DNA of 64,000 nt from Anthoceros angustus (taxonomy: Eukaryota > Plantae > Anthocerotophyta): NCBI GenBank assembly GCA_010909165.1, contig MU008194.1:434001-498000 (forward strand), given 5' to 3'. Each line of letters opens with the position of its first letter. The stretch's first letter is position 1. Below, one piece after another: positions 12,527 through 26,678 of this stretch. The notes beneath the pieces are model-generated. The model saw only the letters and a list, made by a program, of their open reading frames with translations, was not told the origin of the DNA and searched no databases. Made by a program: the position numbers and the translations under genes.

Positions 12527-14747
12527 TGGCCGACCGATCTAGCTGGAGCTCCTCCTAGCTCCATGCATGAAGCTAAGACGAAGCTAGACCTCCACCTTGG
12601 TGCCCCGAGCCACCTCCGCACAAAACAAAAAACGGTCACTAAGAAGTTCCCCTAAACTTATGGGTGATGAGAACGGTTACCATATTCCATGTTAGAGTGT
12701 ACTACAGGTTTTTAATAGGTACCCAAGTATTTATTCGGGTCGGTTGAAACCGGGTCATCGGACTGGGCGTCGGATTTTGTGCACAGTTTCCGTAAGAAAT
12801 AATGAATCAAGTCTTCATGGAAAATGAACCCATTACCTTCTAGGTTTTTTTAGACTTGGCGGTTGATAGTGCCTAGTTTTCATGTTTCACTCATCATGTG
12901 GTCCAGTAGGTAATATTTGGTAGATTACAGAGCGCAATTCAACCTGCCCCCAGAGAACACCAGTGCCTAAGTCTACCCCAAGTTTCTATAGCATCCGACT
13001 CGAGGAAGAAATCGATGTTCACGGGGGAAGTTGAGCTTCTATTGTGTTTGGATGATTTCTTTTGAAATTGATTCTTTGGTAATCTTTTAAGGCGTATGTT
13101 TTTAGAATCCTGAAGGACTTGGATGTCCAATTGCTCTCCAGGACTTCAGGACTGAGATCCATGGCAAATCTCATGGCCACAACAAAAAGTGCAAGAACAA
13201 AAGCGAAAATGACTTAGAAATGTATAAAAAATAACTTTTCAAGAACTAGGTGCAGTACCAAAGAATAGGTGTAAAGGTAGACATACATTTGATTGAATTG
13301 TGTGAAATCCGAGATTGTAAGAGTCTATTCCTATCACGTAGATTGTTCAAATTCATGTCCAAGGCCGGTGGTTTCTACACATTATTGTGCGACACGATTC
13401 GTCATATGACTTAACCGATATGGCTAAGAGCTGCCTTTAGCCTTAAGAGGAGACAAATTTAGAGAAAGATTTTTTTTTCAGCAATTTTCATGATGAAATA
13501 GTATATTATGGGTACCATCTAAATTAGAGCACCCTTCATATTAAAGGCTTAAATCCCTATTTCTATTCTCAATCTTATCCCTATTCTTTTTAAGAATTAT
13601 AAGATCCATAGAATTGAGGTAAAGAATGAATATGTAAATACATTGTTAGAAAAGAAATGTTAGAATAAATAGTAATGCAATTCAAAACAGCTTTCTAGGA
13701 TGTGCATACTCCATCTAGGCAAATGTTAGTGTAGAATATGTATGTTGCCTAGATCAGTGCCTTAGATGCATTGAGTTGTACAAGCAAATTGAGAACAAAT
13801 ATGCTCTGATATCACGATGAGAATTATACAATTGCCCCAAGTGTTTTATTATAATTACAAAGCATTGTTGATATACAATGGAATGTTTATTGGGGTGGTT
13901 TTAACCTCTTATAACCGATTAACTAATCAATATGTTGGTGCGTAACATACAGTCACCATAGCCTACGAGACATATTGGTGAAAATGTTGCAAAAATATAT
14001 CTTTCTTCAATTATTACTTTGCAAATTTATAAAACAAAAAATAAACCAAGAGTTGCAAAATTTATAAAGACTGATACCATGATCATAGTAGCTGTATCTT
14101 TGATTTTGATACTACTTGTGGCGATGAAGAAACCGCCACAACCTGAGCACGCTGATCGATGCGATTATTCAAGATGACAATTCATCACCGGCGACTCCTG
14201 CTGGCTCCCCGGCTCTCGCTGGCGCCTTCGCGGCCTTTGCTGCCATGGTTGATCATCCTAGCCTTAGCAATCAATTAATAACTTAGGTAAGAAGTACAAA
14301 ATAGGAGTCAAAAGATCAAAAAAAATAAAAAAACCAGATGTTATAGATAAAGAAAAAGAAGAGACCTCTATCTACATAACAAATTTCATTGCTGCTATTC
14401 TTATTACAAAAGCAAATCAAGGAATGTTGATCGGCCTTTGCCGTTTGTTTGTAGCTTTGTTGAGCTCTCAAACTTGATGGTGAATCTTTGAATACCCATG
14501 TGGGGAGACTTTTAAGTATCGTGGGTCACAGTTCCCAGTAGCCAATAGGAAGGAGCAGCGGCAACAAGGTGGCTAGGGGCCATACACCAACCGGCACATG
14601 GTATGAAGTAATTCTTGAGGTGGTTAAACCAGCGAAGGAAAGCCACGGGCTCGTGGAAAGAGGCCGCACGGTCTAGACAAACACACGAAATTCCAAATTT
14701 ATGTGGTACGGAATAGGATCACCTGATCGGGTGGAGGGTCTGTTTCC

Positions 14748-15020
14748 TAGCTGTCTTGTGAGTCGTGAGTTTTTGATGAGTGAAATCGAAATGGTGAAGA
14801 GGTAAGCAAAAATCTTGAGGTCTTTGTTCGATTCCGATACTTTGTCATACTAGGTACACTGATGAAGTTGTTGTCAACAAATATGTAGCTGTCTTGTGGG
14901 TTGTGTGTTTGTGATGAGTGAAAGCGAAATGGTGAAGAGGTAAGCAAACATCTTGAGGTCTTTTTTCAATTTTGGTCCTTCGTCATACTAGGTAGACTAA
15001 TGGAGTTGTTGTGCACATAA
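14748..15020. repeat. Diverged 138-bp tandem duplication
   Basis: Units start at 14748 and 14886 (tagctgtcttgtg...gaaatggtgaagaggtaagcaaa...gtcatactaggta). Confidence 0.85.
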
Positions 15021-16427
15021 CTTCTCATGCACTGCACATAGAGAGGGGGGGGCCGTAATCCACACCTGAAGCACGCTTGATTGATCTCCGTTTCCTAGGC
15101 GAGTGGTTGCAGATGAGACGGAGGTAAACCCGAGGAAGGAATAGAAGGGTGGAGATGGAATATCTAGAAACAAGGAGGTGGCCAAGGGCGCAAATAAAAA
15201 TCCGACAGGCACGGGGACGGAAAAACATACACAAAGCGGCAGAGCGGGAGGCGGGGGGCTCGAAGCCGTCACGATTTATCCACGCCGTGAGGATGGAGAA
15301 AACGACGCGTGGTTGGCGATGCCGGTGCAAGTGCAGCGCAACGTGGAAGATATTCCTGGTGAGAGGCACATCCACATTCCACGGACAGTCTGTATGTACG
15401 AGCGCAGCACAAAAGGACGTACTTGAATCCGGTCCGCGGAGCGAATCCAGGATCCAGTGGCCCCGTGCTCGCTCACAGTGAGAGACCCCGCCACCGGCCC
15501 GACACGATGAGCCGGTTAGCCTGCACGCCGCAGCCGCACTCGGTTCGCACCTACACTAGTGCCCTACCGCGCCCGCGCGACCGCGTAACCGCGTAACCGC
15601 GTTGCCGAGTGACCGGGACAAGCGGCCCCGCGCTCCGCCCGCCGGTGCACTCCACGCAAGGAGTCCGTGGACTGCTGCCCCGCATGCACCGGACCCCGTA
15701 CCGCGACATTCGTACCGCCGGTCAGCGCCTCCCGCCGTGCGGCCGTACGGTCGCAGCCCGGCGCAGAACGGCGAGGATGGGACCGGGCGGCCGGGCCCCC
15801 GGACTCCGGACTCCGGCCAGCGGCCAGTGGCCAGCCCCGGCTCCGGCTCCGGCTCCGAGAGCCCAGGCCCCAGTGTCACGGTGATGTCAGACTCGCTGCG
15901 CCCGGGGCGAGCTCCCATGTCGACCTCCTGCGCTCTGGCCGCCACAGACTTGTGTTGCGGCCGCTGCCGGTACCGCTGCCGCTGCTGTGCCGGCTTCCTT
16001 GCTCGCCACGGCTGTGCGCGCTCACGAACCCGCGCCCGCCTGTCCGGGCTCGGCTGCGGCTCTGCGGAGGCGTGCCGGCGACGGCTCTCGGCGCGGAGGT
16101 GGAGGACGCTGCATTCCTGTGCCCGTAGGCTGCGGAGGCGGGGAGGAGGAATTGCTCGGGGCGGGATGGTGTGCGCGGTCGCTGCGAGCTGGCGTCGTGT
16201 GGCAGCGGCCGCGGGGAGGCTCGGCGCTGGAAGAGTGAGGTGTTTTGCGCCTCCGCACTTCTGTGGTTTCAGGCTGGCGTGAGGTGGAATCCGGGATGCG
16301 GGGGAACTGAGCACGCGCGAATATTGCTCTTGTTGTTGCTCGAAGGATCCGCACTCGGAGGAGCTGCGCCTCCAGCGGTTTAGTTGCATCCCGTGATTCA
16401 TGGTTTTGACCGGGGGCTGTGCGAGCC

Positions 16428-18806
16428 ATGGCGGGGCCGAAGCGGAGGCGTGGAGTATTCCGTGCCGGAGAAGCCCTAACTTTCATGTTCTTACTGCAAG
16501 CGTATGTATGGCTTAGTGTAGGGGAGTGTAAGGCGGTTTTAGTGGGAGGGGACTACCACTGGCGGGCTCCCCCGGAGAATGACACTCACTTCTACCAGGA
16601 GTGGGCCGATTCTGTCTCACCGCTTCACGTTGGGGATGCCATAAGTAAGCTATCTTCAGAGCCTGTCTCTAGGTGATGGTATGGGATAAGTGCTTGTATG
16701 TTGTTTTCGTTCTGTTGGATCTCGGAATGTTGTTGTTTGTTTCCCCTTTGTGTGATTTGAAGCTTCGTGCTGTTCGTCCTGACATCACTGCTGCTCGCAT
16801 TCGTGTGGCAGTCTTCGAACATGGCGCACCTTATTCGGTGTATCTGGTCGATGAGGCAGATTTCAGGAACTGCGACAGCAACCATGCCTCTGAGGTTTCG
16901 CCTGGAGGAAATACGTCTGTGGTGCTCAACACTTCTGGCCTTGCCTATGTTATCGATGGCTTGTTCTGCTCCCAGGGCATGTTATTCAGTTTGCTTGTGA
17001 GTCCACTTCCAAGCGTCGCGGCTGGATCCTTCCAACCCCCCAAGGCGCATAAAATGAATATCCGTGAACCACAATATAAGTCCGAGACTGTGATTGGAGG
17101 TATGGAGGAGTTTGTAGATTGTGCAGCTGAACTTTGCTGCTTCTTTGCGCAATCGTTTGTTTGATTTGTTGCTTCATTCTGCTGAACATGGCCATTTTTT
17201 GGGCAATGCAGTGATCATGGGAGCTTTCGGAGCCACCTTTTTGTGTGCCCTTTTTTGCTTTATCCACCGCACCTTTTACAGAAATCGGGGTGAGCTTCCT
17301 GATTTGTCTGACATGTATAGAATGAGAGAGTCTACTCCCCCTCCGGTTACAGTTAAATCAGCTGCCGTTAGTGCCACACAAACAGACCACAGTTCGGGGG
17401 TGCCAGCCTCACGTAGCATTAGGGCATGTACAGGGATCGAAGGTCCAAGTAATCACTCTCTCTCTTTTTCCATGGGAGGTGCAAAAGTGTTTTCTTTACA
17501 GGAAGTCAAGGAGGCAACCAGAGAATTTGCAAAGGATTTCTGTATAGGGGAAGGGCAATATGGAAAGGTTTACAGGGGTAGATTGTACATGAAGGAGTTA
17601 CATGCCGTGAGAGAGGTTGCTGTGAAGCGGCCAAAATTTAGGAAAGCCTGGAAAGACTTGGATCTAATCAACTTTGAGCTGAGTGTCATGGGGAATGTTA
17701 GTTCTAGATATCTGGTTCAGTTGCTTGGTTATTGCTATGAGCATGAAGGGGCTCCTCCTGTGTTGGTATATGAGCTCGTCTCAAGAGGATCCTTGTCGGA
17801 CCATCTGTTTGGTTACAGACTCGGGAGCTTTGCAAGCAGTACAACTGAGTTGTCCCAGGGGACAAAATTCCTAGGTGTGTGGGGGCTAATCATTTCGTAA
17901 TGCTTTTTTTCTCCTGTAATCAGGTTTCTTGAGGTCGTCCTCCTGAACGGAAAATGCTGATTCAATGTTCCCATCTTTTTTCAGATTGGAACAGAAGACT
18001 GCAGATTGCAATTGGGACCGCTAAAGGCTTGGAGTACTTGCATACGTCTAGTCATCCTGCCCTGCTGATTCACAGGGCTGTGAATCCGGGGAATATCTTA
18101 TTAGATGATGAGTTCCAACCAAAAGTGGCAGATTTTGGATATTCTGGATCGATTCCTGGCCAGCAATCAAGCGATAGAGGCATGTAATTTCAGGCATGGA
18201 GGAGGTAGAAGTGTGAGAGGATCACCGTATTGATGACTAATAATCTGATGCTCTGAATCCTTTGTATGCTGCAGGGTCCAATGGCTTTGTTGACCCCTAC
18301 GTTGAAGGCCCATTTACTGATAGGTCAGATGTTTTTAGTTTTGGAGTTGTTCTGATGGCACTGGTTACGTCCAAGAGGCCATACGAACAACCATGGTGTA
18401 CAAGTGACGGCAACTTTGTGGATCCCTTCTTTACGTTCATCAAGAATGACACGGTGGAGCGCATTTTGGATCCTGAACTCACTCGACGAGAGGGTAATGA
18501 GGGAATCGAGGAGATGAAGACAGTTGCCAAGGTTGGCAGACCAAATTTCTTAATTTGTCTTCGCTTTGTGCAGACCTAGGCGATGGGTGCCGTTTGCAAG
18601 ATTGTGATTGAATTACATCTAAGTTCGTGAACTGAAATCGCTGAACGTGTATGGTGTAGATTGCCGCTTCATGTATGATGAGAAGAACAGAGCATAGACC
18701 TTCAACGAAGGATTTAGTATTTTCGCTGGAACAAATTCAAACTGAACGACAACGGAGAGTGTCCAGCCTTGATCCTACGACTGATGGTAAAATTGACTTA
18801 GTGTGA
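16428..18806 (+). CDS. Receptor-like pseudokinase with a single phytocyanin/ENODL-like ectodomain (gene A)
   Basis: Signal peptide (LTFMFLLQAYVWLSVGEC). Phytocyanin domain VGGDYHW..FYQEWADS..LHVGDAI|IFEH..SVYLVDEADFRNC..LAYVIDGLFCSQGMLFSLLV. TM VIGVIMGAFGATFLCALFCFI. Kinase GEGQYGKVYRG, VAVK, HRAVNPGN, DFG, SDVFSFGVVL. About six exons, stop at 18804-18806. Confidence 0.88.
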
Positions 18807-19406
18807 CCAACGAGCTCCACGTGGAGTACCGCTCTTCAAATCTCTGTTTCAACCAAATATGGACAGAGACACAACACGTTGTGCCTCTGGAAGCAGGTTA
18901 AGCAACTGCGGAGGGCAAGGCAACGTGCGGAGACATGCCTCCAACACGATGAGGAGCACATCATCCAGTTGTACAGTCCTACACTTGGGAGACATACCGC
19001 CCAACACTGTAGAAAGCGGAGTAATTAGGGGTACACCTCTGAGTGCGGGGATCTTCACTCCAAAACTCTGGGGGAAGCAGAGTATCCGAATGTGCAGCTA
19101 CATACTGAGTATCAACTCAGTTGGGGCACATGAGCTTGGTGTCTACGCAAAACCAATTTTGTTTTGTACTTCTTATTGGTGTTGCACACCTTGTAAGGTC
19201 TCTTTGATCGGGCCAATTAGCGCAGGTGAAAAAAGCAGGACAATATTATGTTGCCTGTAAAGACGCTTCCTTCTTTGAGCTTCTGTGTCATTTCGTCAGT
19301 GCCCTCATAAGCATTACCCAAAGCTTTCTCAGTATGCTCACCTGGCCAGAGACTTAGTCAGCGTTTGTTAGTCTAGTCGGTCCGAAAATCATTTGATCGA
19401 ACCACT

Positions 19407-20966
<1,560 letters not shown>

Positions 20967-22501
20967 ATGCAGTGGTGCACTATAGAGTCCGATCCTGGTA
21001 AATGAGAGGAGGTCTCTGCCTTTCTGGTTGTTCCGTTTCATTCTGTGCTGCTGTGTGGCTCACTTTTGCCACCGGAGGATTGCAGGCGTCTTCACGGAGC
21101 TCATCCAGCAGATGGGGGTGAAAGGAGTCCAGGTGAGGCGATGTGATGAGCGCTGGTGCAAGTGTTATGTGTCTGGTCTATCCGGTCTTCAATCACAGAA
21201 GTACCTAGCATTTTTTTCCATGCGCCCAATTGCGCATCAGACTCAGGCCTGAATTACAGGGGTATACTTGGTGCCAGTCTGCTCATGACTTCTTGCCGTG
21301 TGCTAGGTTGATGAGCTCTACAGCCTCGATCTGGACTCGCTTGAAGCGCTGAGGTGAAGAAGAGCTGAGCTGAGCTGAATTCTGTGAATGATAAAGTGTT
21401 GTTGTGAGATGAAATTAACGTTTTGGCTTTCTGGTAAGCAGACCCGTGTACGGGCTTATTTTCCTGTTCAAATGGCGACATGGAGAAACGGATAGCCAAC
21501 CCGTTTTGAAGGAGTATAACCCAAACCTGTTCTTCGCAAGTCAGGTGTGAAATCGGAGTTGATGTGGATGAAGGTGTCCGGACTGACTGGATTGCTGTTA
21601 TCTTGAGGGTGAAGTGCTGTGTGGTCGAGCAGTCTTGCCGGAAGTGTGTCTGGCTTTTTTCGTTTTTGGGCTGCCTCGAGGATCCTTACCCAGTTGTTGC
21701 TCATGCCTTGTGTTCCAGGTCATAAATAATGCTTGTGCAACGCAGGCCATTCTGTCCATTCTTATGAACAGGCCCGAGATTGACATTGGACCTGAGTTGT
21801 CTATGTTGAAGGAGTTTACGAGAGAGTTCCCCCCGGATTTGAAGGGACTCGCCATAAACAACTCGGACGCCATCCGAACGGCTCACAATAGTTTTGCAAG
21901 GCCCGAGCCGTTTGTCCCCGAGGAGCAAAAGGCAGCAGACAAAGACGATGATGTTTATCACTTCATCAGCTACCTCCCCGTGGATGGTGTGTTGTATGAG
22001 CTGGACGGGCTGAAGGAAGGACCTATCAGTTTAGGCTCCTGTGGCGACGATGGACCTGACAGCAAGACGTGGTTGAAAATGGTGCAACCAGTGATTCAGA
22101 AAAGGATAGAGAAGTATGCCAAAAGTGAGATTAGGTTCAACTTGATGGCAGTTATCAAGAACAGGAAGGATGTCTATCTGGCAGAGATTGCAGAGCTGGA
22201 GAGAACAAGGGAGCTGTTGCTGAAGACTCAGCAGGCCAGCAAGGCAAATGAGTCTAAGGATGTGGCTGTCCCGGGTGTGTCATCCATGGTATACGTTACC
22301 CATGCACTGGCAGAGGTGGAGTCCAGAATAGAGCACTTAAATGAGAGGATCATGGTGGAAGACGAGAAGTTCAGGAAGTGGAGGACAGAGAACATCAGGC
22401 GGAAGCATAACTACATTCCGTTTCTGTACAATTTCGTGAAACTTTTGGCAGAAAAGAAGCAACTCAAACCTCTCCTCGAGAAAGCCAGACAGAAGACCTA
22501 A
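20967..22501 (+). CDS. UCH2: Ubiquitin C-terminal hydrolase, UCH37/UCHL5 type (plant UCH1/2); five exons
   Basis: [11 protein letters not shown]|[15 protein letters not shown]|VDELYSLD..|[16 protein letters not shown]|[43 protein letters not shown]. Confidence 0.95.
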
Positions 22502-23282
22502 TTGTTGCCCTAGACTTAAAGGATTCGCAGTGGGGTCCAAGAAGTCAACTGGGTGCGATGCAGGGAGCAGTGTCCCTGAGGCCTACTAGCTATCGTTGAG
22601 AATCGTCCATGTGCAGAATGTTGTCCAAGTGCATAGAATTGTCGTGGACCATGGTTTCTGTGCTTTGTCCTCTTCCTGCTTGCTCCATTCCCTCGGGCAC
22701 GCCCTTATCTTACTATCTAGCTGAATTTACAAGGAACTAGGAAGCTGAGATTTGATAACTCCGTCCACCTTGTGCTCGGAACAAATCCTCGGACTCTAAC
22801 TGGACCTTTTATTTTACTGAGTAAAATTTTACAGGGTTTACTCAGCTGCTTCCTTGGTATTCTCAACGGGAGCTTCGTTAGTACCGCCACGACTCTCGTG
22901 GGTGCTTGCTTACATCCTCCTGTTCCCTGGTTCACAGCTCTTTCCCCACGAGCGTGCCCACGAGCGTGAAATTGGTGCACCAACTCTCCTTCAAAACATC
23001 AGCATTCACGCTTCTAGAGCATTACAGCAGTGAATCCAGGCGACTTCATCACGCGGCTGCTGAAGGCGTCTGAAGAGGTGCTTTCCAACAAAATGAGATG
23101 GGCTGCCGAGACCACAACACAAATCCTTTGATGTCGGTTCCTGTCTTGGCACAAGAGTGGCCCTGACAACTGGCAAAGCAGTCATGGACGACAGGGTAGA
23201 CTCTGCCATAGTATTATGCGAGCAAGTTTTGTGACATCTGTTTGCACATGCTTGACAACCAGGCGCATTGTATTCCACGGAG

Positions 23283-25939
23283 ATGGTGAGTCCGTCATCG
23301 ACAAAATGCGTCGTGCTTCTTTTCAATGTAACCATTTTCGCTGGTACCCTTTTCTCCTCCAATGCGCAAGGCAGCAGCGTTGTGCACGCTGTTGGAGGCC
23401 ACCTTGGATGGACGGTGCTTGCTGGCAGGGGCTTCTACCAGGATTGGGTCGACAGCAGCAGCATCTTCGTAGGTGACATCCTCTGTAAGTAGCTTTAGAG
23501 TCTAAAGCTTCAATGAGATGGAAACTGCCTCTCGCTCAACCATATAGCCTTTACACATCCCAGGCTTGGATGCATATGTTGAGAAATGTGCAGTGAACAG
23601 GGCTGACCCGAGGTGCCAATTCCATGCCACAGATTTCGGGTATAACCCTACTCGCCACAGTGTTCTGCAAGTTGAAGAAAAGAATTACAACTCCTGTACC
23701 ATCTCAGAACCACTCCTGTTCCTGTGGTCCGGGCACGACGGAGTGCGCCTGTGGGATTCTGCGTACTTCTTTGTCAGTGGCACTCCCGGGGACTGTGAGG
23801 CTGGCCTGAAATTCTTCATTCGTCCTCTTTCAAGGAGAGGGCAGCAGGGCAGGGTACGCTCTTCGAGCAGAGGTAAGTATATCTGCCACCTCGAAGGATT
23901 GTTACGACACATGTGACGGCCTTCAGCTATTGCGCTAACCCACTAAAACCTCGGGTGTTGCATGCTTAGCCTCGCTTCGAATTGAAGCCAGGATAGGCAT
24001 GAAAACCCAACTTGCCACGCCTCCTCTGCAGTCAATGAATCCTCCAAAAGGCCCGAGCCCACCTCCAAATCCTGGTAAACATGTATAAGTACATATCTAG
24101 AGGCATCAGCATCCAAGTTCAAGCTCGTGCATGACTTGCCATATCCATGGTTTATGTGCGATTTTAGGGACTCCATCGTTTGCCGTGGTGGTCGTCGTAT
24201 TGATGGTGGCAGGACGTGAGTGTTCGCAGAACTCCTAACTCTTAATCCAGCGATGCAGCCATCAAAGAAAGCAAGAATCTGACTGATGTGCATTGCTTGT
24301 TGAAGTTGGAATTGCAGTGATGGTAGGGGGTGCCGTTGCTATGTTAATCCTGAACGCCCGAACACACAAGATCGTCAGAAGGTTGAAAGCTTCCAGTGCG
24401 GAGACCTCCAGGAACCCAGGCTCCCCGGACGGTCGTCTAAGACGGCACTACAAGCTCACCTCCTGCCGCATGTACACTCTGAAGGAACTGGAGGCGGCAA
24501 CCGACAATTTCTGTAAGACCTTGCTGCTGGGCCAAGGAGGGCATGGAACTGTGTACAAGGGGAAGCTGGAGGGCCAGGATGTGGCAGTGAAGAAGAGCAT
24601 TTGCCCTGTGGTGCACCCTGATACCACGCGCGTGAAGCCGGCAGGTGTGAGTAATCATGCGCATCCCCCGGCTCCCAGTCCCGATACGCTCAACGACTTG
24701 GCCCAAAGTCAGTGCTTGAACGAGATCACTCTCCTCTCCAAGGTCCATCACCGCAACCTGGTGCGTCTGCTGGGATATTGTCTTGCTGGGGCAGACTCTC
24801 TCTTGGTGTACGAGTATGTCCCCAACGGCACACTGAAGGACCATCTCCATGGATCACGACGTAAGGTCGGGATTCCCAGTGTCAAGGCAAGTGTTCCTTT
24901 CCCTCTCCCAAATTACGGATGTACAAAGTTCTGTACCATGGCTGCTCTTCTACTCTTGAGGGACATTGTTGTTGCTGTTGTTCCGTTTCTTCCGCCAAGA
25001 CTCTTGAATCCTTGGGCTACCACAGCTGTGCATGAACTGGGGTGGGGTGGAGTGCGGGGGATGTGCAGAGAGTGTGGCTGGACTGGGAGAAGCGGCTGCA
25101 AATCGCAACCGAGACAGCAGAGGCCCTGCACTACCTCCACTTCTCGGTGGCCCCTCCCGTGTACCACCGGGACGTGAAGTCCTCCAACATTCTCCTGGAC
25201 GCGGACATGAAAGTGAAGCTGTCTGATTTTGGGCTCTCCAAGCTGGGGCAGCTGGAGGCCGGGGAAGGCCGGGTGTCACCGTTCGGGGCCAAGGGCACGC
25301 CAGGGTACATCGACCCTGAGTACTCCAGCGGGAGGCAGGAGGTAAGGCTCCCACTCAGCTCTTGTCGCTCGCGCTTGGATGAATCTACGCACCGGAGACT
25401 GAGAGCGTACGGCGTGTGGGCAATGCAAATGGGCTGGCAGGCTACGGATAAGAGCGATGTGTACAGCTTCGGCGTGGTGCTCCTGGAGCTCATAACGGGC
25501 AAGAAGCCGGTGGACAACGCGCACGCCCCGGCCTTCTACGACCCGAATCTGGCCTCCCGCTCGATCCCCTTCATCGAAAATGAGCACACCAACAAGATCA
25601 TCGACCCGGACCTTGGAGCTGTGAATGACGTTCAGATGATGGCGTCCATCAAGAGGACGGCGAGGGTCGCGCTTGCCTGCTTGGCTGCCGAGGGGCTGAG
25701 CAGGTGAAGTCGTTTGCTGCCAATGAGTCCAGTCTGACTGCGGAGTCTAAGGTGTGGATGCAGAGGTTTAAAATCTGAAGGTGGGCTGTTGCAGGCCTTC
25801 CATGGACGAAGTGCTGGAAGAGCTGCGGGGCATTAAGAGTTCCAACCGTCCACCTCTCAGACGCTTCCAGGTCCTCGGGAGTCAAGTTCAGGACGGTGAT
25901 CGCCAGCCTTCTCCCTTGAGCACGATGAGTAACGCCTAG
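23283..25939 (+). CDS. Receptor-like kinase (RD) with a single phytocyanin/ENODL-like ectodomain and a Pro-rich stalk (gene B)
   Basis: Signal peptide MVSPSSTKCVVLLFNVTIFAGTLFSSNAQG. Domain VGGHLGW..FYQDWVDSSSIFVGDIL|YFGYNPTRHSVLQVEEKNYNSC..YFFVSGTPGDCEAGLKF. Stalk exon PPKGPSPPPNP. TM FAVVVVVLMVAG|LGIAVMVGGAVAMLIL. Kinase GQGGHGTVYKG, VAVKK, HRDVKSSN, DFG, GTPGYIDPE, SDVYSFGV. Confidence 0.9.
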
Positions 25940-26398
25940 CAAAATGTCAGATGTCTCATGGGGCTTGAATCATACATCTTCCCACCACTTTCAGTTCCTA
26001 CTGGTTCGACAATAACTCGTCAAGGTAGTCTAATTAACTTGTCTAGGGAATGTATGTATGTTCAAAGGGCTATATAGTGCGCACCTTGCTAAGCAAGGCG
26101 AAGGCGTGATGACTAAAAGAGCAATTTTTACCTTGTTTGATTTTTTGGAACAAACAAGGTAAAAGTTTTGAGAAACTCTGAATCGGCCTTCCACACCAAT
26201 TCCCCCAAGTATGTCCTTACCGAGCATCCAACTCGGACCTAATCAATGATATGTTACAAGGGCATGTTAATAGATAGTTAACAAGTTTTGAGTATCATAA
26301 AAATTCCTTGCAATTTCCTATCAAGGTGTCGTCATAGGATTATCGTGGTGTGAAGTTCGCATATAAACAGTAGTAACCAGCTAAGCCATGCTTCCAAA

Positions 26399-26678
26399 TC
26401 AGTCATGACCAATGGGTAAGGAGGCCGTGACCAAATCAATCATGACCAATGGATAAGGAGGCCATGACCACATCAGTCATGACCAACGGGTAAGGAGGCC
26501 GTGACCTAATGAGTCATTACCAACGAGTAAGGAGGTCAGTCATGACCAACGGGTAAGGAGGCCGTGACCTAATTAGTCATGACCAACGGGTAAGGAGGCC
26601 GTGACCTAATTAGTCATGACCAACGAGTAAGGAGGTTGTGACTAAATCAGTCATGACCAACAGGTAAGGAGGCCATGA
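26399..26678. repeat. Minisatellite, ~8 copies of a 37-bp unit (one truncated)
   Basis: Consensus tcagtcatgaccaacgggtaaggaggccgtgacc(t/a)aa. No unique spacers. Confidence 0.92.

Noticed and set aside
14747-14947. ORF with a 46-aa repeat
   Set aside because: Simply reflects the 138-bp tandem duplication. No ATG and no homology recognised.
15149-15481. Possible FAR1/MULE DNA-binding remnant (WRCRCKCSATWKI)
   Set aside because: Too little motif support to call.
15556-16486. Several long overlapping ORFs on both strands
   Set aside because: Very GC-rich low-complexity sequence depleted of stops, with Arg/Pro/Ala-rich translations and no recognisable domain.
26399-26678. CRISPR-like array
   Set aside because: Units are contiguous with no unique spacers, there are no cas genes, and the context is eukaryotic.
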